A DNA stretch of 64,000 bases, taken from assembly GCF_039654945.1 (NCBI RefSeq), contig NW_027361775.1, positions 12,400,001-12,464,000 of the forward strand. Reading direction: 5' to 3'. Position numbers and translations under genes: made by a program. Below, piece after piece: positions 26,742-38,016 of the stretch. The notes under the pieces are model-generated. The model did not search any database, was not told the origin of the DNA, and saw only the letters and a program-made list of their open reading frames with translations. The DNA is from Dendrobates tinctorius (lineage: Eukaryota). How positions within the stretch are numbered: the stretch's first letter is position 1; the number at the start of each line of letters is the position of its first letter.

Positions 26742-28022
26742 TTAAGGTAGAATTGAAGATTAAGCCTAAATTGTATAAATAAATACCAAAATTGTACATG
26801 TGTTATGACATTTTATAGTACGCCTTTCTTTTGAATAAGTCAAATTTGGACTGGTATATAAATAATATGTGAACTAATATCAGATGAGATTTAAGTTGAT
26901 GAATGCTCTTTATTTATAATGATGTGGCCAGCATGAGCTCCTCTTTGTGACAGCTATACTTACAGAATGGAAGCTGTATGCTTTTTTTCTGTTAATGTTG
27001 AAGTCTAATGAAATGGAAAATGTGATTTTCAGGTTATATAAAGGGAACAAGTGTAATAAACGAGGACAGAGTGAATACTGACAACAGGGTAACCGAAGCC
27101 AACAAAGGAATTAAACCAGGCATAAGTGCTTCAAATATAGCCAAAGAGACCTCCTGGGGTTCAAATTGATTAAAGTTTGAATGAGAATTTGCAAGATTCT
27201 CAGTGTAAATATAAGCAGTGAATGCTTGTCATTCTAATTTAGGTAACAACTTGCTAAGGTAATGCACAAATTAGAAATCCAGCAACTTTTTTTTTCCTTA
27301 AAACTAATTTTGCTTAAACTAAATGCTGAGACCTTGCATTTCTTGGTGCAATAACCATTCAAGTAAAAAGAAAAGTACGGCTATACCTCCTATGCCTATC
27401 TCAAGGAGGACAATGGCACCTCCTGGCTCTTAAGTGTCAAGAGTTACCTGAAGGTATCTTAACATATCAGACTCAGGAGACACCTATAAGTACAGTCTTG
27501 AATGTCAAAGAAAAAGAAAGATGGATTTTGCCAGTTAAAAAAACATTTTCAGTAACAAAGCTTATTTTACAACCTATGCAGAGAGATAAGAAAAAATATG
27601 ATAGCACCTTTGGTATTACACCTATTTTGTGCTATTTTGATTCATGTCCTAAAATGAACTTAAACCTATTATTATTTCCTACAAGTCAGCAGCATACATG
27701 ATATCTAACAAATGTATTATTTTTTTTATATTTGTAATTATTGCATTCTCTTGCCACAATTATGGACTAATCTGTATGCAGCTCCTTTTTACACAAACAC
27801 ATTATTTATAGTACACCCACTTTATAGTGTAGAAAAAAGCAAATTAGCCAGCACAACCTTACATATGCCCTTGAGGTAACTGCTGGTTTTGGTGCAGTTT
27901 TTTAAATTATTCAGTGGTGCCCAGTGTACGCACTGTCCTTAATAAAAGAAAAATTCTTACAGAAGTGATGTAATCCATGGCATAAATTGTCTCATAATTC
28001 AAATGTTACAAACATTTTTCAC

Positions 28023-31000
28023 CAGGGATGAGTGAACCCGAACTGTAATGTTTGGGGTTCAAACTGAACATTAGAGTGCTGAAGCCTGAACGTGGTCTTT
28101 TCACTGTAATGTATGTCCATGTTACTGTTTGTGTTTCACTGACTAATATGCAGCCGATCAACAAGATTAAGGCTGTGGGCACTTCTGGCAAGTAATTGTA
28201 CGGCTGTGATTGGCCAGTGTACCACATGACCCGGCCTGCCAGTGTAAATAATTAAATAAATTAATTTTTAAAATTATGTGTGCTCCTCCTATTTTTAATA
28301 ACCAGCCAAGGGAAAGCAAACAGCTGTGAGCTGGTTTTATTATGCTGGGAAGGGGACAATAGCCATGACTCTTCCCAGTATATTGATATCAGCCCCCAGC
28401 CTACTAAGACCAGCCTTAAGCCACCCCAGAAATGGCACATTAATTAGATGGCACTTAGTCTTGGCTCTTCATGACTTCACTGTTGCAATGGAAATTGTGG
28501 TAATGGCATTGAGGAGTTTATTTCAGTTGTGTAATGTCCGCTGACATCAAGTAAAGGACAGACATCTATCAGACACCCCCATTAATAAACCAGTAAGTAA
28601 AAAGAGAAGAAAAACACAAAAAAAGTATTTGTAAAAAAACCTCCCTAACAATTTCCCTCTTTCACCCATTTATTAAAAAAACTCACACCAATCCACTGTA
28701 TCCAAATGAAGGTCCCTGTAAGATCCTTGTCTCTGACTTCCAGTGTATGGCGTGCTCCATAGATTTGAACAGCAGCTACTGCCTGGTCTCAAGCTATACT
28801 CCTTGGGGTCTTGCAGAGTATAGCTTGAGAGCTGGAATGATGAGCTCCATAGGTCACTCACTTTCATGTCTCGTCATGGGCAATGATGTAAGTAATGCTG
28901 TACTCTGCGAGAATCTGCTGTGAACTGAGGTGACATCATTAAGGTTACATCAGTTCACAGATGCCAGATCTAGTTAAGTGCAGTGTGAGACCTGGCAGCT
29001 ACTGCTGTGCCAGTCTATGGAGCTTTGTTCTTTTAACGGGCTTCATACACTAGACCATGGATAAAGGAATCATCATGACACCTTGAATTTGACTATGGTA
29101 GGTGGACATGTATGGGACCTCTATTTAGACTACAGTGGACAGGCATGTTTTTTAAGCAAATGGGTGAAAGGGAACTTGTAAGGAAGAGATTTTTAAAAAT
29201 AAAGGACTTTTGTGTGTGTGCATTTATTTGTTTTGATTGCGGTGTTAGTATGGAGGTGTCTGAAAGATGCCTCTCCATTACTAATCCCTGGGCTTGATGA
29301 CAACTGACATTGCAAAGCTGACATCAACCTCATAAACATTTGCATCGATTGACACCACGCCAGGGCAATGGCTGCACATCCAGTTGGAAGAATGTCTCAA
29401 GTGGGGTACCACAGGGCTCTGTTTTGAGTCCTGTATTGTTCAATATCTTTATCGATGATTTAGGTGAAGGAATTGATCGCACACTGATTAAATTTGCTGA
29501 TAACAAAAAGTTAGGAGGGATAGCTAATACTAGAGAAGAGAGAGAGGATTCAAAAAGATATAAATAAACTGGAGCAGTGGGGAGCAACTAACAGATTAGG
29601 GAAAAATGCAAAGTACTACATCTAGTCAATAAATTGAAAAAAGCATATACAGAATGGGAGGAATATGGCTAAGCAAAAAAAGACTTGGGTATACTGAAAG
29701 ATCACAGACGGAACATGAATCAACAGTGTGATGCAGCAGCAAAAAGGCAAATACAATTCTGGGATGAATTAACTGAAGCATACAGTCTAGATCACGTGAA
29801 GTCATTATCCCCCTCTACTCCTCTTTGGTCAGACCTCATCTGGAATATTGTGTCCAGTTTTGGCACCACATTTTAAGAAGACATCAGCAAACTGGAGCAA
29901 GTTCAGAGAAGAGCGACCAGAATGGTGACCGGTCTGCAAACCATGTCCTATGATGAAAGGTTGCAGGATATGGGAATGTTTAGCTTGCAAAAAAGAAGAC
30001 TGAGAGGAGACTTAATAGCTGTCTACAAATATCTCAAGGACTATCACATTGTAGAAGGATCATCTTTATTCTCATTTGCAGAAGGAAAGACTAGAAGCAA
30101 TGAGATGAAACTGAATGGGAGGAGACACAGATTAGATATTAGAAAAAAATGTTTTGACAGTGAGAGTGGTCAATGAATGGAACAGTCTGCACTGAGAGGT
30201 GGTAATTTTTCCTTCAATGGAAGTCTTCAAACAGAGGGTGGACAGACATCTGTCTGGGATGATTTAGTGAATCCTGCTTTGAGCAGGGGATTGGAACAGA
30301 TGACCCAGGAGGTCCCTTCCAACTCTATCATTTTATAATTCTATGAATTGTGAACAGCCAAGGATAAGCACCAAAATGGCTATATCAAATAGATGCACCA
30401 TTTCTGGAGTGGCTGAAAGCTGGTCTTATTAGGCTTGGAAGGGGCCAATATCCATGGAACTTCCCAGCCTATTAATATCAGCCTCGAGCTGTCTGCTTTG
30501 CCTTAGCTGGTTATTAAAAATTAGGGGTGACCCCATGTTATTTTTTGGGATCCCTTTTTTAATAACCAACAAAAACAAGCCGACAGTTGGGGGCTGATAT
30601 TAATAGCCTGGGAAGCTCCATGGTTATTTTACTCTTTCCAGCCTAAAAATATAAGCCCACAGCTGTCTGCTCTTACTTAGCTAGTTATTAAAAATAAGGA
30701 ACACTACATCTTTTTTTAGGCCCTCCTACTTTTAATAACTAGCAGTGGTTAAGCAGACAGCTGTGGGACTATATTAATAGGCTGGAAATGTCCATGGATA
30801 TTGGTCCCTTCCCAGCATAAGACCAGATCACAGCTGTTTGCTGTCCCTTGGCTGGTTATTAAAATTAAGGCAGACCCCATGTCATTTTATTTTCATTTAT
30901 TATTAACAAATATAGTATACTACACATTCAAGGCATTGCTTTACTCCTCTACTTGGACCTCCACTTCCTGATTCAAGATTATTATTTTTTTATTTTTATT

Positions 31001-31223
31001 TTCTTTTATATTAAGTCATTTTTATCCACATTTGTTTGCAGGGCAATTGTCCTGTTCTTACCTACCTTTTTGCTTTCTTTTGCAACATTCAAGCCCTTAC
31101 TTTGACCAATTTACAGCCATTTCACAGCAACAAAGTTCGGGTCCCCATTGACTTATATGGGGTTTGAGTTCAGGATCAAGTTCGGTTATCCAACCTGAAC
31201 TTCAAAGGGTCCGCTCATCACTA
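28023..31223. mobile_element. Non-autonomous hAT-like element containing a CR1 insertion
   Basis: TIR-like ends CAGGGATGAGTGAACCC / GGGTCCGCTCATCACTA. Internal direct and inverted repeats at 30420-30890. TSD not recognisable. Confidence 0.55.
29367..30346 (+). mobile_element. 5'-truncated CR1 LINE
   Basis: [43 protein letters not shown]. Decayed (ATTCTATG)n tail. Same family as 62003-63905. Confidence 0.93.
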
Positions 31224-31459
31224 TTATAATACAAGGGCTGGTATGTGCTCCTTTTCCCTATCTCAGTAAATGTCCAGTTCAAGTAAGATATGAAGATTTT
31301 TCTTATTGCCTTACATGATCTACCACAAAATGTATGATTGAGTTGTGTAAATCATATCACCATTCTACACTGGAGCAGTGGAAATATATTTAGGGAGTGA
31401 AGAATCATAATTCTCTAAATGGCAGTTTGATGGACAATTATGGGTTTGTTTACAACTTT

Positions 31460-31830
31460 TTGAGAACAGTTAGCAAAAGACTATTACTATTCCAGCATGA
31501 GTATGCACCAAATCTGAAAGCAAGGTCCATAAACTCATGTTTGGGCGAGTTTGATGTGAAAGGCTCTGAATGTCCAGCATACTGTACAGCCCTGATCTCA
31601 TCTCCATCGATCGACCTAGAACATCAGTGTCATCATAAATCCTCACAAATGTTCTTCTGAATAAATAGGCATAAAATCTCAATTACATTTTCTTGTAGAA
31701 AGCTTTCCCACATGAGTAGAAGCAGTTTTAGCTGTAAAGAAGGGAATACCTCAATATTAGTGTATACAGTAGGTTTAGAATTGGATGCCATAAAATTATT
31801 GTAAGTGTAATATTTAGGTTTACCTATAGT
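31460..31830 (+). mobile_element. Degenerate Tc1 transposase fragment
   Basis: LFQHEYAPNLKARSINSCLGEFDV..CPA resembles the Tc1 FQHDCAPVHKARS..WPAQSPDL region. Confidence 0.55.
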
Positions 31831-31869
31831 TTTCTCCATGTGGTTTGGTGTCTTATATATATACAGGAA

Positions 31870-32365
31870 AGGTATATATCTTTGTACCGTGTTAGCCAGT
31901 AGATAGAAAAATATTCAGAATTGAGAGTCCTCAATGGTTGATACCTTTTAATGGCTAACTGAAAAGTTGGTAACAAATTGCAAGCTTTCGAGACTACTCA
32001 GGTCTCTTCATCAGGCATTGACTAATACAAAATCTGAAGAATCACATATTTATGCACAACACAGCACAGAAAAAATGCAATAGATAAGACAAGTGACGTG
32101 AAGCAGAACAATCATTATGGGGGAGTGATAGACAGTTATGGCCATAAATATTGGACCAGTTCATAGATAAGGAGTGAAAGTTTTATTGTCCTCTGATTGG
32201 GGTTTGGTTCTGTGTTGTGATGCCCCCACAAGGTCTTAGGAGCAAATTCCTTAATTGATGTAAAAATACATAAATCCATGCTACACATTCATTCCAGCAT
32301 TGAGTGTGTCAAAGGTTGTCATGAGTTTGTACTCACAGACTCCTCTGTCTCTCTGAAACGTGAAG
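31870..32365 (-). mobile_element. Penelope-like element 3' end (GIY-YIG C-terminus plus pLTR with hammerhead)
   Basis: Minus-strand translation FQRDRGVCEYKLMTTFDTLNAGMNV*HGFMYFYIN* resembles a PLE GIY-YIG C-terminus. Canonical hammerhead downstream. Confidence 0.8.
31979..32017 (-). ncRNA. Minimal type I hammerhead ribozyme with intact core
   Basis: TGC-CTGATGA-A-GAGAC-CTGAGTA-GTCTC-GAAA-GCTT-GCA: canonical CUGAUGA and GAAA, 5-bp stem II, palindromic stem III (AAGCTT), CUU cleavage triplet, stem I TGC/GCA. Confidence 0.8.
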
Positions 32366-32391
32366 ATACCTCACATCTCACATCTGAAAAC

Positions 32392-32651
32392 GGAACAACA
32401 TTGAAGAGGATTCTTTACTGTTTGGGCAGTGAGAATCTGGAATTCCCTGCCTGAGGTGGTGGTGATGATGAACTCAGTCGAGGGGTTCAAGAGAGGCCTG
32501 GATGTCTTCCTGGAGTGTAACAATATTGTATCTTACAGTTATTATGTTCTTTAGAAGAACGTACATCTGGGAATTTATTGTGACATAATATAGGCTGAAC
32601 TGGATGGACAAATGTCTTTTTTCGGCCTTGCTAACTATGTTACTTTGTTAA
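32392..32651 (+). mobile_element. CR1 3' end
   Basis: FFTVWAVRIWNSLPEVVV..FKRGLDVFL-like ORF2 end and an ACTATGTT-type tail. Confidence 0.75.
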
Positions 32652-32750
32652 CATTAAAATGTCATGTTGCATATTGGAATTGAAGATGTGGCAAAAGCCA
32701 TTCGCAATATTGTGGTGTGGTGTGTACAGTTAGTAAATTGGACGAGTAAG

Positions 32751-33020
32751 GCTGTGTGCCCACGTAGCGATTTTTAAGCGTTTTTGCCGCGATTTTCGGC
32801 GTGAAAACGCAGCAAAAACATTTTAAAATCGTGTACAGAATGCCCCCCATGCATTCCTATGGCATTCCGCACATGCTGTGCTAATGCTGCGCTTTTTTTC
32901 GCGGCGGAATCGCATCGCGGAAAAAATCGCAGCATGCTCATTCTTTTGTGCGGAATCGCAAAGAATTGCCGCGATTCCGCACCCATAGGAATGCATGAGA
33001 ATCGCTTACTTCCCGCATGT
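32751..33020. mobile_element. Truncated Harbinger-type MITE
   Basis: TAA + GGCTGTGTGCCCACG terminus. Internal palindromic GCGGAATCGC motifs. Confidence 0.55.
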
Positions 33021-34629
33021 CCCTTTGTGTAATTATGATTACTGCACTATGACCTCTTATCACCGGCTGCAAAACCATAAAATGGCCACTGCTTTCCCTG
33101 CCCACATATTTTATAGTGGCTGTCATTGTCCCTCCTGATAGTCTGCTCAAGACCATGTGATATGATAGCTGGAAGGTATGATGAAATACCCACATGGCCA
33201 TATATTAGGTACATGAGTCCACACTCTCTGAAATGGAGCTGGACTTTTTTTTTTCTTGCTATCCATGTGAGTCATATTATAAAGTGTTTGAAATCACCAG
33301 GACATGCAAATTTCAAGAAATTTGATTCACAGGGAATATATTCGATCAAATATACTATCTTTATATCTATACATATATTTATACTGTATATTCTGCTTTA
33401 GCAGCATCAGTAAAATCAATTGATAATATAGTAATATTATGATCTTTAACTAGTTTATCTGACATATTCTCGTTTGACATATTTGATACTGGTTAGTGAT
33501 GCTGAAAGAGAATAATCTATCAAACACATAAGTGAAATTGTTATGAAAATGATTCCTGAAATGTGTTTCTTTCATTGATATGCAATTTTGATGTCTTTAA
33601 TAATTTGTGAAAATGTATTTTATGTATTTTGCTGAGCAAGCTCAGAGTATTATCCTGAAAAATCTGGTTGTAGTAGAAGGACACATACATTACTTTAAAT
33701 GTGAGGAACCCCCTCTCTTCATATTTGAGAACTAAATGTATTGTTTTGAAATTATCCATGCTTCCTCTATAGGGCTCGTCAGAAGTATATGATATGAATT
33801 TTCTCACTTAAAGGGTTCATACAAACAGGAATATATTCTCTCTTGCGAGAGAAGCTGGCTGATTTTGCTAATGACACTCAGATCAATCTCTGTCATCTGA
33901 GTGTGCTCCAATTCTCCAGCATGAGAGAATCACAGCACAGGTGTGGAGAAGATGGGTAACATTTCTCCATCTTCTCCATTGTTTCTGTGGTATTACATTG
34001 GACTGCACTCGGACAACATCCGACTGCAGTCCAATGTTTCACTCGCACCCATAGGCTTAAATAGGTGAGTGTAGAAAGAACACCGTGAGCACAACTCAAG
34101 ATGGTGCTAAGGTTAGGTTCCCAAACCGTTAAAGCAACAAATATGAACCTAGCACTCAACTTAAATTCTAGACCGAGCGTGATTGCATTCGTCAGGTGGC
34201 GGATGCTAAGCAGCCTGAGCCTGGGCCGGCACCCGAATGGGAGACCAGTCCGTGCTCACGGGTCATGCGTTACAGATACCTTTAAGTTGAGTGCTAGGTT
34301 CATATTTGTTGTAAATAGGTGAGTGTGACACAATTATCAGATGTACTCCCAGCATGCTGAGATTGTTTAAAATTGCTAAGACTTCGAATAATGGATTCAG
34401 GAATACTTCCAGAAAGCACTATCTACTAATACAGTTTGATGTGCAATCCTAAATTTCAAGTTATTACTCTATCATGCATCATGTACAATTCAGGAATGCA
34501 AAATGAGCAAAAGCTCATTTCAAATGGACTGGGGAAAAGGAAAAACTATTCTGTTGTTGGAGGAATCAAAATGAGAAATTCTCTATGGAAACCATGGTCG
34601 CCGTGTCCTTCTACACGATGGTCGACATG

Positions 34630-34851
34630 GCAGTGCTCCAACTTTTTGAACATGTATTACTGCCATCAGTTTATAACTTACCGTAGTTATTTTTTTTCAA
34701 ATGAATTGGAAAAAAGTTTAACATTCAACCTCTCATGCATATTCTATGTTCCGTTGTTAATAAAATTTAGCAATGAGATTTTTTAAATCTTTGCATTCTT
34801 GTTTTCATTATATTCTACACAATGTCCCAACTTTTTGGAATTGAAGTTGTA
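34630..34851 (+). mobile_element. Tc1-like terminal remnant
   Basis: TIR-like ATGTCCCAACTTTTTGGAATTGAAGTTG-TA with an inner repeat CCAACTTTTTGAA. Confidence 0.5.
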
Positions 34852-36163
34852 GTTAATGATGTGTTTTTCTTGAAATATAGTTTATACTGGGTTTCAAATT
34901 TAATACTTGTAGCAGGCAGAAGCACTTCCTAACTATATAAATAGTATTTTTCATAGTCACATTCAAATTGTACTGAAACATAGAGGCACATCTGTGTACC
35001 AGTACATCTCTTTAAACCTGCATTTAGAGGTAAGATAATTTCTAAAAAAAATACTAAAAAATAGTGGAATACACTTTTTAAAAATAAATGTCAAAATCAG
35101 AAATCACTACATACATATTTTTTTATCTCTGGATTCATTTCAACTTGTGCAAAACAGATTATTTACAGTGATTGCTAAAGAGTTTAAAAGAGTCTTATTT
35201 TTGCCATTAAACCCTTAAAATACAAGACAAATCTAGCCCTTAGATATAAGGCCCTTAAAAAATTAAAGTTTCCCGTGTTAAAAAAACACCTCATTTAATA
35301 CATCTTACATTAATAAAATGGTTGATAAATATATAAATGAGCAATCAAAAAACAATTCTAATGTGAAGATGAATTCAAATATGCATGGATAAATGCAGCA
35401 GAGGCATTTATGCAAGTCCGGCAGAGGGGCCCTTCATTCCCAGGGTCCACCCTAGAGTTTAATGATAACATGTTAACATTTATAAAAGAAGTCACAAGGA
35501 CAGTTCTTATTTTTTAAGTAGAGTGAATATTTTCTGTGCAATATTTACACTGTACATCAACAATTCATAAGACTTTCAAACTTTACAGTTTGCACACATT
35601 GAATATTGTGTTATCCTCTGTCCTATAAAATTTAGTACACAGTTGCATAGTTACACAGGTTGAAAAAAGATCTTGGTCCATCAAATTTAACCATTCTCCA
35701 CTAATTGTACATTTTGTCACTACTCTTATGTGTATTGAGGAAAACGTCCAGTCCCCTTTAAAGCTGTTATTGTGTCTGGCATTACTACCTCTTGTAGTAG
35801 GGCATTCAAGAACTCTTTCCTGCTTAGCCACCGGAATCTCCATTTTTTTCACCCTTAATAAGTGCCCCCTTGTCCTAAGTATGGTCTTTGGAAGGAATAA
35901 GTCATTTTCCACTCCTTTGCATTGACCCCACATACATTTATACATGTAATTGATATCTCCTCTGAGATGTTTCTTTTCTAAGCTAAGCAAGTCCAACTTC
36001 TTCAACCTCTCATCATATGAGAGGCCTTCCATCCCTTTCAGTAATCTAGCAGTCCGGCCTTTGAACTTAATGTAACTTCCAAATATTTTTTTTTTTAAAT
36101 GTAGAGCCCAAAACTGGAACTCATATCTTAGATGTTACCTCACAAGTGATTTATAAAGGGTAA

Positions 36164-36559
36164 AGGGCATGTAACACTAAGAGATATCGCTAGCAATATC
36201 GCTATAACTAGTGACGTTATAGCGATATTGCTAGCGATATCTCTGTGTCTGATACTTACCTCCGACTGCTCCCCCGCTGGTTATCGCTGATCGCGCGAGA
36301 ACGTCCAGGACTGTTTCTTGTCGTCAGCTTCCTGCTGGGCTTCCTGCTGTGAGGACGAGCGACGCGTGGAGCCGGGCGGGAGGACGTCAGGATCGCCTCG
36401 TCTGACAGGTAAGTAGCGATCCCCGTCCCCAGCGATGTCGCTAGTGAGATCTGCCTGTGTGGCAGCTCACTAGTGACCACTTAGTGATGTACCAGCGATC
36501 CTGACCGCGTCATATCGCTGGTCGGGATCGCTGGTACATCGCTAAGTGTGACAGTACCT
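36164..36559. mobile_element. Harbinger-type MITE in CR1
   Basis: Imperfect TIRs AGGGCATGTAACACT / AGTGTGACAGTACCT. TAA TSD at 36161-36163 and 36560-36562. Many ATCGCT/AGCGAT motifs. Confidence 0.75.
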
Positions 36560-38016
36560 TAACAATACATTGGGATAGTGGGATTTTATCTCACTTTTTA
36601 TACACCCTAAAATCTTGTTTGCTTTTGCGGCTGCTACTTGTCATTGACTACTATGGCTCAGCTTACTTGTAACGAGAATACCCAAGCCCTTCTCCTGTTC
36701 TGTAGTCCAGAGTATACTCCCATTTAATGTATATGCAGAAATAAGATTGCATCGTTCTAGGTGCATTACTCTAAATTTATCAACATTACAAATCATTTTC
36801 CAAGTGTTTACCTATTCAGTCATCTTATCCAGATATTGTAATGTTAAGGTCAGATTTTTATTTCCTACATAGTTTGGTGTCGTCAGCAAAGATTGACACT
36901 TTACTATCAACCCCATCCACAAGGTCATAAATAAAGAGGTTAAAAAGAATCTGTCCTAGTAAAGGTCCCAACGGTACCCCACTGCTAACTATATCTCATT
37001 TAGAGAATTTACCATTTACAACAACAGTATGCTTCATGTCTTTTAGCCAATTCCTTACCCATCTGCATATAGTTTCCCCTAGTCCCTGCTTCTGTAGCTT
37101 CAGTATAAGGCTGTGATGTAGTACAGTAAAAAATGCCTTTGAAAGTCCAATAAATCACATCAGAGGCATTACCAATATCCAGATTTACATTTACCTTTTC
37201 ATAGAAACCCAAAATATTGGTTAGACACAATTTATATTTCATTAATCTATTCTGGTTGTCAGTTATTAAATTATTGTATGCAAAATATTCTGCAAGTCAT
37301 CTCTTATAATGCCCCCCAAAAATTGCACACTACTGATGTCAGACTTACCAGAAGGTAGTTGACTGGATCCAACGTCTTACCTTTCTTAAGTATTGCTACC
37401 ATGTCTGTCATCCTCCAATCCTGTGGCACCAACCCTGTTACAAGAGAGTCTAAGAATATGAAATACATCGGTTTGTCAAATACTGAGATCAGTTCTCTCA
37501 ATATCTTTAGAAGAATGCCACCTTGGCGAGCGATTTGTTAATGTCTAATTTGCTCAGACGCAGGCATACTTCTTGTGCTAAACTAGTTATATCAGGTGGT
37601 GTACTTTGTTTTTTGCTTTGCTGAATCATCCTTTGAACAGTCAGTTCATTGGTGAACATGGATGCAAATTAACTGTTTAATATCTCAGCTTTTTCTTCGT
37701 CCTCTGTAATTATCTTGGTATTATCTTCTTTAAAGGGGCCGATACAATCCACTTTTTTCTTTTTGGCATTGATGTATTTATAAAATGTTGGGGGATTTAT
37801 TTAATGTCGTTGGCAATTTGTTTGCCTCTGCAGATAACTTTGCTAGCTTGATTTCCCTTTTTTACATTTCTTATTGATATCCTTAAACTCCTGAAATGCT
37901 ATTTCTGTATTTTCAGCCTTGAAGATTTTGAATGCCCTTTGTTTTTTTCTTATTAAACTTTGCACTGTGTTATTTACCCATAATGGTTTCTATTTGTTCC
38001 TGGACATTTTATTTAA

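Noticed and set aside
27374-27463. Short protein-looking frame KYGYTSYAYLKEDNGTSWLLSVKSYLK as a host exon
   Set aside because: No convincing acceptor polypyrimidine tract and no recognised homology. Spliced RNA-seq would be needed.
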